Assembly (NCBI GenBank): GCA_934464775.1
Contig: CAKSKG010000006.1
Span: 5,545-69,544 of the forward strand
DNA: 64,000 bases
Origin: an uncultured Oscillospiraceae bacterium
GTDB taxonomy: Bacteria; Bacillota; Clostridia; Oscillospirales; Ruminococcaceae
Reading direction: 5' to 3'
The notes under the pieces were generated by a model that saw nothing but the letters and a program-made list of their open reading frames with translations, ran no database searches and was not told the origin of the DNA. The number at the start of each line of letters is the position of its first letter. Positions within the stretch are counted from its first letter, which is position 1. Position numbers and translations under genes: made by a program. Positions 8,677 through 18,529 of the stretch are shown piece after piece.

Positions 8677-8705
8677 ATTATAACACCGGGAAAGCCTAAA
8701 ATCAA
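8677..8705 (-). promoter_or_regulatory. near-consensus sigma-A promoter driving the 8416..8670 RNA
   Basis: Minus strand reads TTGATT (8700..8705), 17-nt spacer, TATAAT (8677..8682). Confidence 0.6.
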
Positions 8706-8795
8706 TAGTAATTGCTGTGAAATTATTTTGAGTAATTTTGTATAATATGTATATTGATTTTTGGTCTGATTTATGCATAAATACCGTATTTTCAG

Positions 8796-8837
8796 TATAA
8801 AACAGGGGACCGAAACGGTAATTCCGTTCCGATCCCC
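8796..8837 (-). terminator. intrinsic terminator of the 8876..11158 gene
   Basis: A 14-bp stem (8805..8818 with 8824..8837) pairs fully only on the minus strand (2 G-U pairs), followed by TGTTTTAT. Confidence 0.75.
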
Positions 8838-8875
8838 CGTATAGCTTTTATGCTATGCAGTCAGCTTTGAGCCGA

Positions 8876-11158
8876 TCAATAGCGCACGCTTACATTGCCG
8901 GAGATTCCGCCGCCTGCTGCGAGTGCTACGTTATAATTGCTGTAATATCTGCCTGTAACAGTGCTGTAATAAGGATATGACTGGCTGCCTGTTACGCTTG
9001 TGTAGCTTGAAATGCCTGTGCTTACGCTTACAACAGAGCCTGTACCGCCTGCTGCCGCAGATGCTTCAGACATTGATGAATAATACATATTTGTCTTGAA
9101 GTCATAGTAGGGATAAGAAGAGCTGTATGTTGAGCTTCTTGAAGAGGAAGCATTTCCGCCTGCATTTACAGATGCAGCGTAGGAAGCATAGTAAAGACCT
9201 GTTGTTGCATTGTAATAAGGTGTGGACTGTGAATACGATGAGCTTACGTAGCTTACGTTGTTCGAGTTATTGCCCGAAGCGGAAAGTGCATCAGACTGTG
9301 TCTTATAGAACTTGCCTGTTGAAATGCTGTAATAAGGATAGGAAGCTGTATAAGTGCTGGAGTATGATGTTGATGTACCGCCGCCCTTTACGTTATCAGC
9401 AACGAACTTGATGGAGTAGTACAGACCTGTTGCGGAGCTGTAATAAGGTGTTGTTGAAGAGTAAGAACCGCTTACAGTCGAAACGTAGATAGAGGACTTG
9501 GAATCTGCGATAGCGGCTTCAACTGTGGTATAATACTTGCCTGTTTCAAGGCTGTAATAAGGATATGCGCTTGAATAGGAAGTTGAAGAGCTGCCGTTTG
9601 TCTTGTAGTAATCAGTGTAGTCCTTTACCAGAGCCGTAACATAATCGGAAGCAGCAAGTGCATCACTGTATGTCTTATAATACTTGCCTGTCTTTGCACT
9701 GTAATAAGGATATGTGGAGCTGCCGGAGTTGGAATACTTGCCGGAATAGAGGTCTGTATAGTCGACAACCTTGGATTCCATATTTCCGGAAGCGGCAAGT
9801 GCATCATTCTTTGTCTTGTAGTATCTGCCTGTTATCATGCTGTAATAAGGATATGTAGCGCTGCCTGTTGTGCTGTAATCATTAGATGTATAGTAGCTGG
9901 AGTAATCCCTTACATATGCGGATCTGTTGTTGGAAGCCGCAAGAGCGTCATTGTATGTCTTGTAGTAAAGACCTGTGTATGAGCTGAAATAAGGATATGT
10001 GGAGCTGCCTGTTGTGCTGTAAACATTGCCGTCGCTCTGATCTCCGTAAAGAACATACTTATCATTGCCGAAGGAAGCTGCAAGAGCGGAGCTGCGGTCG
10101 GGATAATACTTCTTTGTGTATGTGCTGTAATAGGGATAAGATGAGCTGAAGTAGTTGCTTGTGGAGAACTTGCCCTGATATACATAAGCCGACTGATTGT
10201 TGGAAGCCTTAACGGCAGCAGTATATGTGCTGTAATAATAGCCTGTATATGTGCTGTAATAGGGGAACTTCACGGAATCATAAGAGCTGCTGTATGTAGC
10301 ATTTTCGCCGTAGGAAACGTAGTTAGGCTCATTCCTTGAAGCCTTGAGGGCATCGGAATATGTTCTGTAATACTTTCCTGTGTAGCTGCTGTAATAAGGA
10401 TAATCGGAGCTGTAGCTGTTGGAATAGCTTACGGAAGAGGAAGCATCACCCAGTGAAACATACTTTGAATTGCCGTTGGAAGCTGCTACCGCATCATCAT
10501 AATTCTTATAATACTTGCCTGTGTAGCTGCTGTAGAAAGGATACTGCTCGCTGTAGGAATTGCTGTAAGCAATGCTTGTTGAGCCGCCGCCTACCTTAAC
10601 GGAAATATTCTTGTAAATGTTTGTATACTTGGAGAAGCTTACCTTAACGGTTGTCTTGCCTGCCTTCTTGCCTGTGATGAGAAGGTCGATATCGTTGCCG
10701 TCAAAGGGAGTATCCCACTTGAGTCCGACGATGTTCTTTACGGAAGCATTTGCTCTTACGGCGTGTGTTCCCTTGGCTGTTACGGTAACTGCCTCTGTCT
10801 CGCCGACATCAATGGAAACGTTGTTGTCGCTTACAGTGATCTTTCCGGGAGATACCGTCACCTTGCAGCGGAGAGTCTCGCCGTCAACATCTGCATAGAT
10901 GTAGCAGGTGCCTGCGCTTACGCCTCTTACCTTACCGCTCTGTGTAACTCTTGCGATGCTTGTATCGGAAGATGACCACTCGATATCATCATAATCGCCG
11001 TACACATCAAGAGTATACGCATAGCCCTTTGTAAGTGTAAAGCTCTTTTTGCTAAGCTCGTTGTCATAAGCCGAAGCCGAGAAGCCAAGGCTGCTTACTG
11101 CCAGTGCCATTGAAAGGGCGGCAGCTGCGATCTTCTTAACTGAGTTGTTCTTTTTCAT
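8876..11158 (-). CDS. secreted protein: signal peptide, two bacterial Ig-like (Big_2-type) domains, 13 Tyr/Ser-rich tandem repeats
   Basis: MKKNNSVKKIAAAALSMALAVSSLGFSASA signal peptide. SSSDTSIARVTQSGKVRGVSAGTCYIYA resembles Big_2. Then 13 units of about 43 aa with core [YF]P[YF][YF]SxxTG[KRL]YYxTxxDAxAAS. No LPXTG, SLH or other anchor seen. Confidence 0.8.
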   Translation of the reverse strand: MKKNNSVKKIAAAALSMALAVSSLGFSASAYDNELSKKSFTLTKGYAYTLDVYGDYDDIEWSSSDTSIARVTQSGKVRGVSAGTCYIYADVDGETLRCKVTVSPGKITVSDNNVSIDVGETEAVTVTAKGTHAVRANASVKNIVGLKWDTPFDGNDIDLLITGKKAGKTTVKVSFSKYTNIYKNISVKVGGGSTSIAYSNSYSEQYPFYSSYTGKYYKNYDDAVAASNGNSKYVSLGDASSSVSYSNSYSSDYPYYSSYTGKYYRTYSDALKASRNEPNYVSYGENATYSSSYDSVKFPYYSTYTGYYYSTYTAAVKASNNQSAYVYQGKFSTSNYFSSSYPYYSTYTKKYYPDRSSALAASFGNDKYVLYGDQSDGNVYSTTGSSTYPYFSSYTGLYYKTYNDALAASNNRSAYVRDYSSYYTSNDYSTTGSATYPYYSMITGRYYKTKNDALAASGNMESKVVDYTDLYSGKYSNSGSSTYPYYSAKTGKYYKTYSDALAASDYVTALVKDYTDYYKTNGSSSTSYSSAYPYYSLETGKYYTTVEAAIADSKSSIYVSTVSGSYSSTTPYYSSATGLYYSIKFVADNVKGGGTSTSYSSTYTASYPYYSISTGKFYKTQSDALSASGNNSNNVSYVSSSYSQSTPYYNATTGLYYASYAASVNAGGNASSSRSSTYSSSYPYYDFKTNMYYSSMSEASAAAGGTGSVVSVSTGISSYTSVTGSQSYPYYSTVTGRYYSNYNVALAAGGGISGNVSVRY
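8879..10561 (-). repeat. in-frame degenerate tandem DNA repeats of about 130 bp encoding the Tyr-rich units
   Basis: The periodicity is visible in the protein. It also shows in the recurring CCNKD shadow ORFs on the opposite strand. Confidence 0.8.
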
Positions 11159-11528
11159 AATGTTCCTCCGTTCTGTCGATTTACCGACATCAATAAAAAT
11201 ATTTTTGATTTCAGAATCTCTTGTTCATGTTCTGCATTTTTCGGCGTGTTTCATACGCTTCTGCTATATAAACAATCGAAAAAGGCAAAACATTTCACTT
11301 TTTTCTGCATTTTGTATATTTGCACAAAAATATTTTTTCTTTTTATGTATTATGTCTGCTTTTTTATACGTACACCAAGCTTCAAGCTATATTATACATA
11401 TAAATTGTGACGTTTGGCTGTGCTGTATGTGACAGCAGGGTGACATATACCGCACATCGGCAAGTGTACTACATTCACTAATACAGTTATATCACACAAT
11501 TTCATCAAAGTCAATAGGTATAAAAAAA

Positions 11529-12770
11529 TTATTTTACGAGATAGCCGCCGACGGGACGGATATAGAGCTTATAGCAGCTGCCCTTTCCGAAAACGTGCTC
11601 CATGCTGCTGCGGAATTCATCAAGCTTGTCATCGGGAACGAACGCCTGAATAGTTCCCGCAAAGCCGCCGCCGTGAACTCTGCACGCTCCCCTGCCGTTC
11701 AGTACGTGCTCGGCTGTGTACAGTCCGATAACAACAGCCTGCTCCTCGGGCTTTTTAAGGGGAAATACGTTCTGGAGGAATTTATACGAGCTGTTTCCGC
11801 TGGCATTCACAAGACGGAAGAAGCCGTCGATATCATTATCTCTGAGAGCCGCAAACTCTGCGCAGGCTCTTTCGCTTTCGTCAAAGAAGTGGAGCGCACG
11901 AGCCACCGCTCTGTCTCCGCACGCCTTTCTTGCCTCGGAAATATTGTCCCAGAGCTGCTCTCTTGTAATGTCACGAAGCTCCTTTCCGCCGAAGAAAGCC
12001 GCCACCGACTTCATCTCTGCGGGAATAGCCGCATAATCGGGAGTAAGATCCGCATGGCTGCCCTTTGTATCAACGATGCAGAGAGAATAGCCGCTCTTTG
12101 AAAAATCAACGCTTACGGCGTCGATAACGGGATTTTTCACGTCCTTGAAATCTATCGTGATAAATCCGCCCACGGAGGAAGCCATCTGGTCCATAAGTCC
12201 CGAAGGCTTGCCGAAGAATACATTCTCGGAATACTGCGCTATCTGTGCGATCTTAACTGCGGAAACAGAGCCGTCATTGTAAAGATGAGAAAGGATCGTT
12301 CCCACCAGCACCTCAAATGCAGCCGAAGAGGAAAGTCCGCTGCCGCCGAGGACATTCGATGTTGAATATGCCTTGAAGCCGCCTGTCTTATAGCCGTTTT
12401 CCGCAAAGCCTGCGGCAACGCCTCTGATAAGACCCTCGGAAGTGCCGAATTCGCTTTCCTTTGCGGCAAGATCAGTGATATCCACAGGCTTTATCTCAAA
12501 GCCCTCGGAGCGTATCTCGATAACATTGTCATCGGTGGGGATAACAACGGCAACAGCGTCAAGATCAACGGCAGCCGCCAGCACACAGCCTCTGTTATGG
12601 TCGGTGTGATTGCCGCCTACCTCTGTTCTTCCGGGTGCGGAAAAAACTCTTGCGTTTTCATGTGCGCCGAAAATTTCGGCAAATTTTGCCTCCGCATCGG
12701 CATATCTCTTTTTCTGTGTTTCCACTGCGTCGGCTCCGTAGAGCATCGCAAGCTTTTCATCAAAATTCAT
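11529..12770 (-). CDS. galK: galactokinase
   Basis: FSAPGRTEVGGNHTDHN and GSGLSSSAA GHMP-kinase motifs. I prefer the ATG at 12770, with GGAGGA 7 nt upstream, over the track start at 12812. Confidence 0.9.
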   Translation of the reverse strand: MNFDEKLAMLYGADAVETQKKRYADAEAKFAEIFGAHENARVFSAPGRTEVGGNHTDHNRGCVLAAAVDLDAVAVVIPTDDNVIEIRSEGFEIKPVDITDLAAKESEFGTSEGLIRGVAAGFAENGYKTGGFKAYSTSNVLGGSGLSSSAAFEVLVGTILSHLYNDGSVSAVKIAQIAQYSENVFFGKPSGLMDQMASSVGGFITIDFKDVKNPVIDAVSVDFSKSGYSLCIVDTKGSHADLTPDYAAIPAEMKSVAAFFGGKELRDITREQLWDNISEARKACGDRAVARALHFFDESERACAEFAALRDNDIDGFFRLVNASGNSSYKFLQNVFPLKKPEEQAVVIGLYTAEHVLNGRGACRVHGGGFAGTIQAFVPDDKLDEFRSSMEHVFGKGSCYKLYIRPVGGYLVK

Positions 12771-12789
12771 TTTTATATCCTCCGTTTTT

Positions 12790-13935
12790 TCAGTCCGCAT
12801 CATAAAAGACACGGTAATTTTTTTCCGAATGGGAATATGCGCTCATCACAAGACCTATCCCCGCAAACAGTGCCAGCAGCGCCGAACCGCCCTGACTCAA
12901 AAAAGGCAGCGGCACGCCGATAACGGGCATAACACCCAGCACCATTCCTATATTCAGCACGCTGTGGACCAGTATCAGCGAAAACATTCCGATGCAGATA
13001 TATTTTCCCAGCGGATCCTTTGCAATGCGTGAATCGGCAAAGATCTTCAAACATACAAACACCAGCAGCACCATTACCGCCATACAGCCGATAAATCCGA
13101 ACGCCTGCCCGATATATGCGAACATAAAATCGTTCTGTGCCTCGGGGATAGATATGAAATCATCGGAGATGAAGCCTTTTCCGAATATCTGTCCCGAACC
13201 CAGTGCGATCTTTCCGTAATGCTGCTGATAGCCGTAGCCCAGCGGATCAAGCTCATCATCAAACAGCACCATAAAGCGCATCTTCTGATGAGTTTTCATA
13301 AATTTCGTCCAGAGCAGATAAACCGCCGCAGGCGATACTATCACCGCAGGAAGTATATACTTCCACGATATGCCTGCCGCAAACATCATGAACAGGAACA
13401 GGCAGATAAACACAAATGCCGTTCCGTCATCTCCCTGCACAAGAATAAGCCCGATAGGCACCGCCGCATGAAGTATAAGAAGAAGCACATTCAGCGGCTT
13501 GTTGATATTCTCCCCCACCTTTGCAAGGTGCATGGAAAATGTGCAGATAAACGCTATTTTCAGAAACTCGGAAGGCTGCACGGTGGCTATGCCGAGATCG
13601 AGCCACGCCCTGTCTCCCGTGGATTCAACGGTAACGCCCATTTCCGTAAAGGTCATCAGCACCAGCCCTATGCTCAGAGGAACATAGAAAAACCACAGCC
13701 TGACTATCTTGTGATAATCCACAGCCGATATTATCAGCGCCAGCAATGCTCCCGAACAAAGCGCCGCAGCCTGCATACGGTAGAGCCTGCCCGACACCTC
13801 AATGGTGGAAGCGCCGTTTGCCACAATGGAATAGAGCATCGCCACTCCCGATATCCCAAGTATGCACACAGCCGCAAACAGCGGCTTATCCAGCTTGCGG
13901 ATATACTGATATATTAATTCTGCCGCTTTTTTCAA
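12790..13935 (-). CDS. FtsW/RodA/SpoVE-family peptidoglycan glycosyltransferase
   Basis: Polytopic membrane protein with PEAQNDFMFAYIGQAFGFIG and GVPLPFLSQGGSALL. The likely start is a TTG at 13935, 5 nt after GGAGG; the track start at 13980 has no RBS. Confidence 0.85.
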   Translation of the reverse strand: MKKAAELIYQYIRKLDKPLFAAVCILGISGVAMLYSIVANGASTIEVSGRLYRMQAAALCSGALLALIISAVDYHKIVRLWFFYVPLSIGLVLMTFTEMGVTVESTGDRAWLDLGIATVQPSEFLKIAFICTFSMHLAKVGENINKPLNVLLLILHAAVPIGLILVQGDDGTAFVFICLFLFMMFAAGISWKYILPAVIVSPAAVYLLWTKFMKTHQKMRFMVLFDDELDPLGYGYQQHYGKIALGSGQIFGKGFISDDFISIPEAQNDFMFAYIGQAFGFIGCMAVMVLLVFVCLKIFADSRIAKDPLGKYICIGMFSLILVHSVLNIGMVLGVMPVIGVPLPFLSQGGSALLALFAGIGLVMSAYSHSEKNYRVFYDAD

Positions 13936-14116
13936 AATTACCTCCGCAAAACATCTGATAGTAAATTGATACAAAAACATTATACACTATCTTAAAAAAA
14001 TTTTCAATAGAATTTATAATAAAAGGTAGCCAAATCAAAAAAAACGTGGTATAATGTATGATATTATATATCTGTATGTTCAATACGGAATATACGGACA
14101 GGGAGGATCATTATAA

Positions 14117-15793
14117 ATGTTATCTGATATTGAAATCGCACAGCAGGCTAAAATGCTGAAGATCTCCGAGGTTGCCGCCAAGGTCGGCATAAGCGAGGAC
14201 GATCTGGAGCCTTACGGTCACTATAAGGCAAAGCTCAGTGAAAAGCTTTTTGCTGAAACAAAGGACAAGCCCGACGGAAAGCTTATCCTTGTTACGGCTA
14301 TCAACCCCACACCCGCAGGCGAGGGAAAGACAACTATCTCCGTAGGTCTTGCCGAAGCTATGGCAAAGATCGGAAAGAACGCTGTTCTTGCTCTCCGTGA
14401 GCCTTCTCTCGGACCCGTATTCGGAATAAAGGGCGGTGCGGCAGGCGGCGGCTACGCTCAGGTAGTTCCCATGGAGGGCATCAATCTCCACTTCACAGGC
14501 GATATGCACGCCATCACATCTGCAAACAATCTCCTCTGCGCACTGCTTGACAACCATATGCAGCAGGGCAATCTGCTCCGCATCGACCAGCGCAGAATTA
14601 TGATCGACCGCTGCATGGATATGAACGACCGTGCCCTCAGAAACATCGTTATCGGCATGGGCGGCAAGGTAAACGGAATCCCCCGTCAGGACAGCTTCCG
14701 CATCACAGTTGCCAGCGAAGTTATGGCAATCCTCTGCCTTGCTTCCGATCTTGCAGACCTTAAAAAGCGTCTCGGCAGCATTCTCGTTGCATACAGCTAT
14801 GACGGCGAGCCTGTATATGCCCGTGACCTTCAGGCAGAGGGCGCAATGACAGCTCTCCTGAAAGACGCTCTCAAGCCCAATCTTATCCAGACTCTTGAAA
14901 ACACTCCCGCACTCATGCACGGCGGACCTTTCGCAAACATTGCACACGGCTGCAACTCAGTCCGTGCCACAAAGCTTGCTCTCAAGCTTGGCGACTACTG
15001 CATCACAGAGGCAGGCTTCGGCGCAGATCTCGGCGCAGAGAAATTCTGCGACATCAAGTGCCGCTTTGCAGGCTTAAAGCCCTCCTGCGCAGTTATCGTT
15101 GCAACTATCCGTGCGCTGAAATACAATGGCGGCGTTCCCAAGACAGAGCTTACGGCTGAAAATGTTGAGGCTCTCAAAGCAGGTATCGTGAACCTGAAAA
15201 CACATATCGAGAATATGCACAAGTTCGGACTTCCCGTTGTTGTTGCTATCAACCGCTTCCACACCGACACAGATGCCGAGATCGAAGTTATCAAGAGCTT
15301 CTGCAAGGAAATGGGCGTTGAAGTATCTCTCGCAGAGATTTTCGCAAAGGGCGGCGAAGGCGGAATCGACCTTGCCGAAAAGGTATGCTCTGCTATTGAA
15401 AAGCACGACGGCGCAGCCGATTTCCGTCAGCTCTATGATACAGAGCTGTCGATCAAGGAAAAGCTCAATGTTATTGCGACCGAGATCTACCGTGCCGACG
15501 GCGTAAACTACACAAAGCAGGCTGAAAAGGCTATCGCCGAGATCGAAAAGCTCGGCTTCGGAAACACTCCCGTCTGCGTTGCAAAAACACAGTACAGCCT
15601 TTCCGACGATGCAGCAAAGCTCGGCAAGCCCGAAAACTTCCGCATTACGGTTCGTGATGTAAAGCTTTCCGCAGGCGCAGGCTTTGTTGTTGCCCTCACA
15701 GGCGATATCATGATAATGCCCGGTCTTCCCAAGGTACCCGCAGCAAACAAGATCGACTGCGACAACAACGGAAACATCACAGGTCTTTTCTGA
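14117..15793 (+). CDS. fhs: formate--tetrahydrofolate ligase
   Basis: 558 aa. [13 protein letters not shown]..., [10 protein letters not shown]-loop; typical FTHFS over the full length. Confidence 0.95.
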   Translation: MLSDIEIAQQAKMLKISEVAAKVGISEDDLEPYGHYKAKLSEKLFAETKDKPDGKLILVTAINPTPAGEGKTTISVGLAEAMAKIGKNAVLALREPSLGPVFGIKGGAAGGGYAQVVPMEGINLHFTGDMHAITSANNLLCALLDNHMQQGNLLRIDQRRIMIDRCMDMNDRALRNIVIGMGGKVNGIPRQDSFRITVASEVMAILCLASDLADLKKRLGSILVAYSYDGEPVYARDLQAEGAMTALLKDALKPNLIQTLENTPALMHGGPFANIAHGCNSVRATKLALKLGDYCITEAGFGADLGAEKFCDIKCRFAGLKPSCAVIVATIRALKYNGGVPKTELTAENVEALKAGIVNLKTHIENMHKFGLPVVVAINRFHTDTDAEIEVIKSFCKEMGVEVSLAEIFAKGGEGGIDLAEKVCSAIEKHDGAADFRQLYDTELSIKEKLNVIATEIYRADGVNYTKQAEKAIAEIEKLGFGNTPVCVAKTQYSLSDDAAKLGKPENFRITVRDVKLSAGAGFVVALTGDIMIMPGLPKVPAANKIDCDNNGNITGLF

Positions 15794-15815
15794 TAAATAA
15801 AGCTATAATAAATTT

Positions 15816-15848
15816 GAAGCCGTATCATTCCGATGCGGCTTCTTTTTT
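15816..15848 (+). terminator. intrinsic terminator of fhs
   Basis: An 11-bp stem (15816..15826 with 15832..15842) followed by T6. Confidence 0.8.
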
Positions 15849-15858
15849 ATTATTAACC

Positions 15859-15892
15859 AAAAAGCTCCGACAGCCTATACACTGTCGGAGCT
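15859..15892 (-). terminator. intrinsic terminator of pcrA
   Basis: AGCTCCGACA pairs with TGTCGGAGCT (10 bp), followed by a T-run on the minus strand. Confidence 0.75.
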
Positions 15893-15913
15893 TTCGCTAT
15901 ATCAAATTATAAA

Positions 15914-18304
15914 TCAGCCTATCTTAGTAAGCTTTGCAAACTTAGCCATGATCTTCTTTGTGCCCTTTTCATCAAATGCAACTTCAAGCAGCGAATCGTT
16001 GCCCATTTTCTTTGCGGAAATGATAGTTCCCTCGCCGAATACGGAGTGCTTTACACGTTCGCCTGCATTGTATTCAACATCGCCTGCCGCATTCTCCTTT
16101 GCCTTTTCCATTTTAATTGCCGTAAGCTGGCTCTGGAGAGTATAGTTGTGGTTCTGTGCGATGATACCCTCGTTATTGTTGTTTTTGCGCTGGGTCCTTA
16201 CTGTTCCGTCAATGCGCTCGATGTAATCCTTGTCGATCTCCTTGATAAATCTTGACTGGATATTTCTCTGGGTCTGACCGAAAAGCATTCTTGTCTGAGC
16301 GTGAGTGATGTACAGATGCTCCTTTGCACGGGTTATTGCAACATATGCAAGGCGGCGTTCCTCTTCAAGATCATCGGGATTATCCATGCTGCGGACACCT
16401 GGGAATATTCCCTCCTCCATGCCTGCGATGAAGACAACGGGGAATTCAAGTCCCTTTGCGGAATGGATAGTCATAAGGCAAACTGCGTCCGCCTCGGTAT
16501 CAAGCTTGTCGATATCCGTATAAAGCGCAATTTCCTCCAAGAAGCCCGAAAGAGTGGGAACTTCACCTGCTGCCTCCATGCTGTTCACATATTCGGAGAT
16601 AGTGGATTTCAGCTCGTTGATATTTTCAAGTCTGCCTGCGCCCTCATCGCCGAGATTTTTCAGCATTGTGCCGTAGCCAGTCTTTTCAAGCAGAGTGTCG
16701 ATAAGAGTATCGAGAGGTTTTGTCTCGGAGATCTCCGTAAGAGAATCAAACACACCCGCAAGCTTTGTAAGAGCAGCGGATTTCTTTGAAAGCGGAGCAT
16801 AATTTTCGGCGTCACGCATTACCGCAACGGGAGTTGTTCCGAGGTCGGAAGCGATCTGCTCCACCATTGATACTGTGGTATCGCCGATGCCCCTCTTAGG
16901 CTCGTTGACGATACGCTTGAAGCGGAGAACGTCGCTGGGATTATTGATGACCGCCATATATGCGATCATGTCCTTTATTTCCTTGCGGTCGAAGAAGCGG
17001 AGACCGCCAACGACTCTGTAAGGAATGCCTCTCATGGTGAATATTTTTTCTATGCTGTTGGACTGGGCATTCATGCGGTAAAGGATAGCAAAATCGGAAT
17101 ACTTTTTGCCGTCCTTTATGCCCTCTTCGATCTTGTCGGCAATAAATCTTGCCTCAGAATTTTCGTCGCCTGCCTTGTAAACAGTTACCTTGTCGCCCTC
17201 GTCATGCTCTGTCCAGAGCTTTTTCTCCTTGCGTGAGGTGTTGTTGTGAACAACGCAGTTTGCCGCATTGAGGATATTCTGGGTCGAACGGTAATTCTGC
17301 TCCAGACGGATAACCGTGCTGTTTTCAAAGGTATCCTCAAAGGAAAGGATATTTTCGATAGTTGCGCCTCTGAAACGGTAAATGGACTGATCGTCGTCAC
17401 CGACTACGCAGAGGTTCTTATTCTTTGCGGAAAGCAGCGAAATAAGCTCGAACTGCGCCTTATTCGTATCCTGATACTCGTCCACCATGATGTACTTATA
17501 CAGATTCTGATAGTGGTCAAGCACATCGGGTTCACGGCGGAAAAGCTCAACTGTATGGCAGATGATATCGTCAAAATCCAGCGCATTTGCAGCCTTCATT
17601 CTTGTGCGGTACTCACGGTAGATCTTTGCAACAGTGACCTTGCGGTAATCTCCGCCTGCCTGCTCTTCATATTCATCGGGACCGATAAGCTTGTCCTTTG
17701 CGGAGGAGATCATATTCATAACAGCCTTTGGCGGGAAGTTCTTATCCGAAACATCAAGAGCATCGATGCACGCCTTTATCATTCTCTGGGAATCGTCCGC
17801 ATCATATATCGTAAAGCTCTTGTCAAAGCCAAGCTTATCTATCTCACGTCTCAATATTCTTACGCAGGCGGAATGGAATGTCGCTGCCGTCACCTGTGCG
17901 GAAACATCTTCACCCAGCATTGCGGCAAGTCTTGTGCGAAGCTCCTCCGCAGCCTTGTTTGTAAAGGTTATCGCAAGGATATTGTAAGGACGTATCGGGT
18001 TCACTGCGCATATATCACGGAGCCTTGAGAATGTCTCATCGTCAGTTGCGCCGTCATAGCTTTCAAGAAATTTTATATCTTCGTCCGACACTGCGGCAGG
18101 TACGGAAGTATCGGCATAACCGTTTCCGAATGCGATCATGTTTGCGATACGGTTGATAAGTACAGTTGTTTTGCCGCTTCCTGCGCCTGCAAGAATAAGT
18201 ACAGGTCCGTTAACGGCAAAAACAGCCTTACGCTGCATATCGTTCATTCTGCCGAAATATTTTTCCATAGCTTTCTGCTTAACAAGTGTGAAATTGTCGT
18301 TCAT
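15914..18304 (-). CDS. pcrA: ATP-dependent DNA helicase PcrA (UvrD family)
   Basis: 796 aa. AGAGSGKTT Walker A, VDEYQDTN, and a C-terminal Tudor-like tail GERVKHSVFGEGTI. Confidence 0.9.
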   Translation of the reverse strand: MNDNFTLVKQKAMEKYFGRMNDMQRKAVFAVNGPVLILAGAGSGKTTVLINRIANMIAFGNGYADTSVPAAVSDEDIKFLESYDGATDDETFSRLRDICAVNPIRPYNILAITFTNKAAEELRTRLAAMLGEDVSAQVTAATFHSACVRILRREIDKLGFDKSFTIYDADDSQRMIKACIDALDVSDKNFPPKAVMNMISSAKDKLIGPDEYEEQAGGDYRKVTVAKIYREYRTRMKAANALDFDDIICHTVELFRREPDVLDHYQNLYKYIMVDEYQDTNKAQFELISLLSAKNKNLCVVGDDDQSIYRFRGATIENILSFEDTFENSTVIRLEQNYRSTQNILNAANCVVHNNTSRKEKKLWTEHDEGDKVTVYKAGDENSEARFIADKIEEGIKDGKKYSDFAILYRMNAQSNSIEKIFTMRGIPYRVVGGLRFFDRKEIKDMIAYMAVINNPSDVLRFKRIVNEPKRGIGDTTVSMVEQIASDLGTTPVAVMRDAENYAPLSKKSAALTKLAGVFDSLTEISETKPLDTLIDTLLEKTGYGTMLKNLGDEGAGRLENINELKSTISEYVNSMEAAGEVPTLSGFLEEIALYTDIDKLDTEADAVCLMTIHSAKGLEFPVVFIAGMEEGIFPGVRSMDNPDDLEEERRLAYVAITRAKEHLYITHAQTRMLFGQTQRNIQSRFIKEIDKDYIERIDGTVRTQRKNNNNEGIIAQNHNYTLQSQLTAIKMEKAKENAAGDVEYNAGERVKHSVFGEGTIISAKKMGNDSLLEVAFDEKGTKKIMAKFAKLTKIG

Positions 18305-18529
18305 TTTCCATGCTCCCTAACTATATCTTATCATATACTTTGTATTATAGCACATTTCTCAAATGATAAAAAGACCGTGAGGACACATTTTACATTTTTA
18401 TAATATTTTTAATATTTTATATGATTTTTTCTTTTTCGGGAGCATATTTACATTAAAATTGCACAAGCTATTGCTATTGATTTTTTTCGTAAAATGTGGT
18501 ATGCATTTCCGACAGAAGAGGAGATTTTT

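Noticed and set aside
8372-8778. ORF-track entries 8372..8629(+) and 8557..8778(-).
   Set aside because: Neither has an RBS. Both span the promoter, terminator and structured-RNA elements, their composition is unlike the neighbouring genes, and no recognisable domains are present.
8879-10561. Periodic DNA repeats that might be mistaken for a CRISPR array or a satellite.
   Set aside because: The repeats are degenerate, contiguous (no spacers) and in frame within a long ORF that has a signal peptide. They encode the Tyr-rich protein repeats. The plus-strand CCNKD-type ORFs here are shadows of those repeats.
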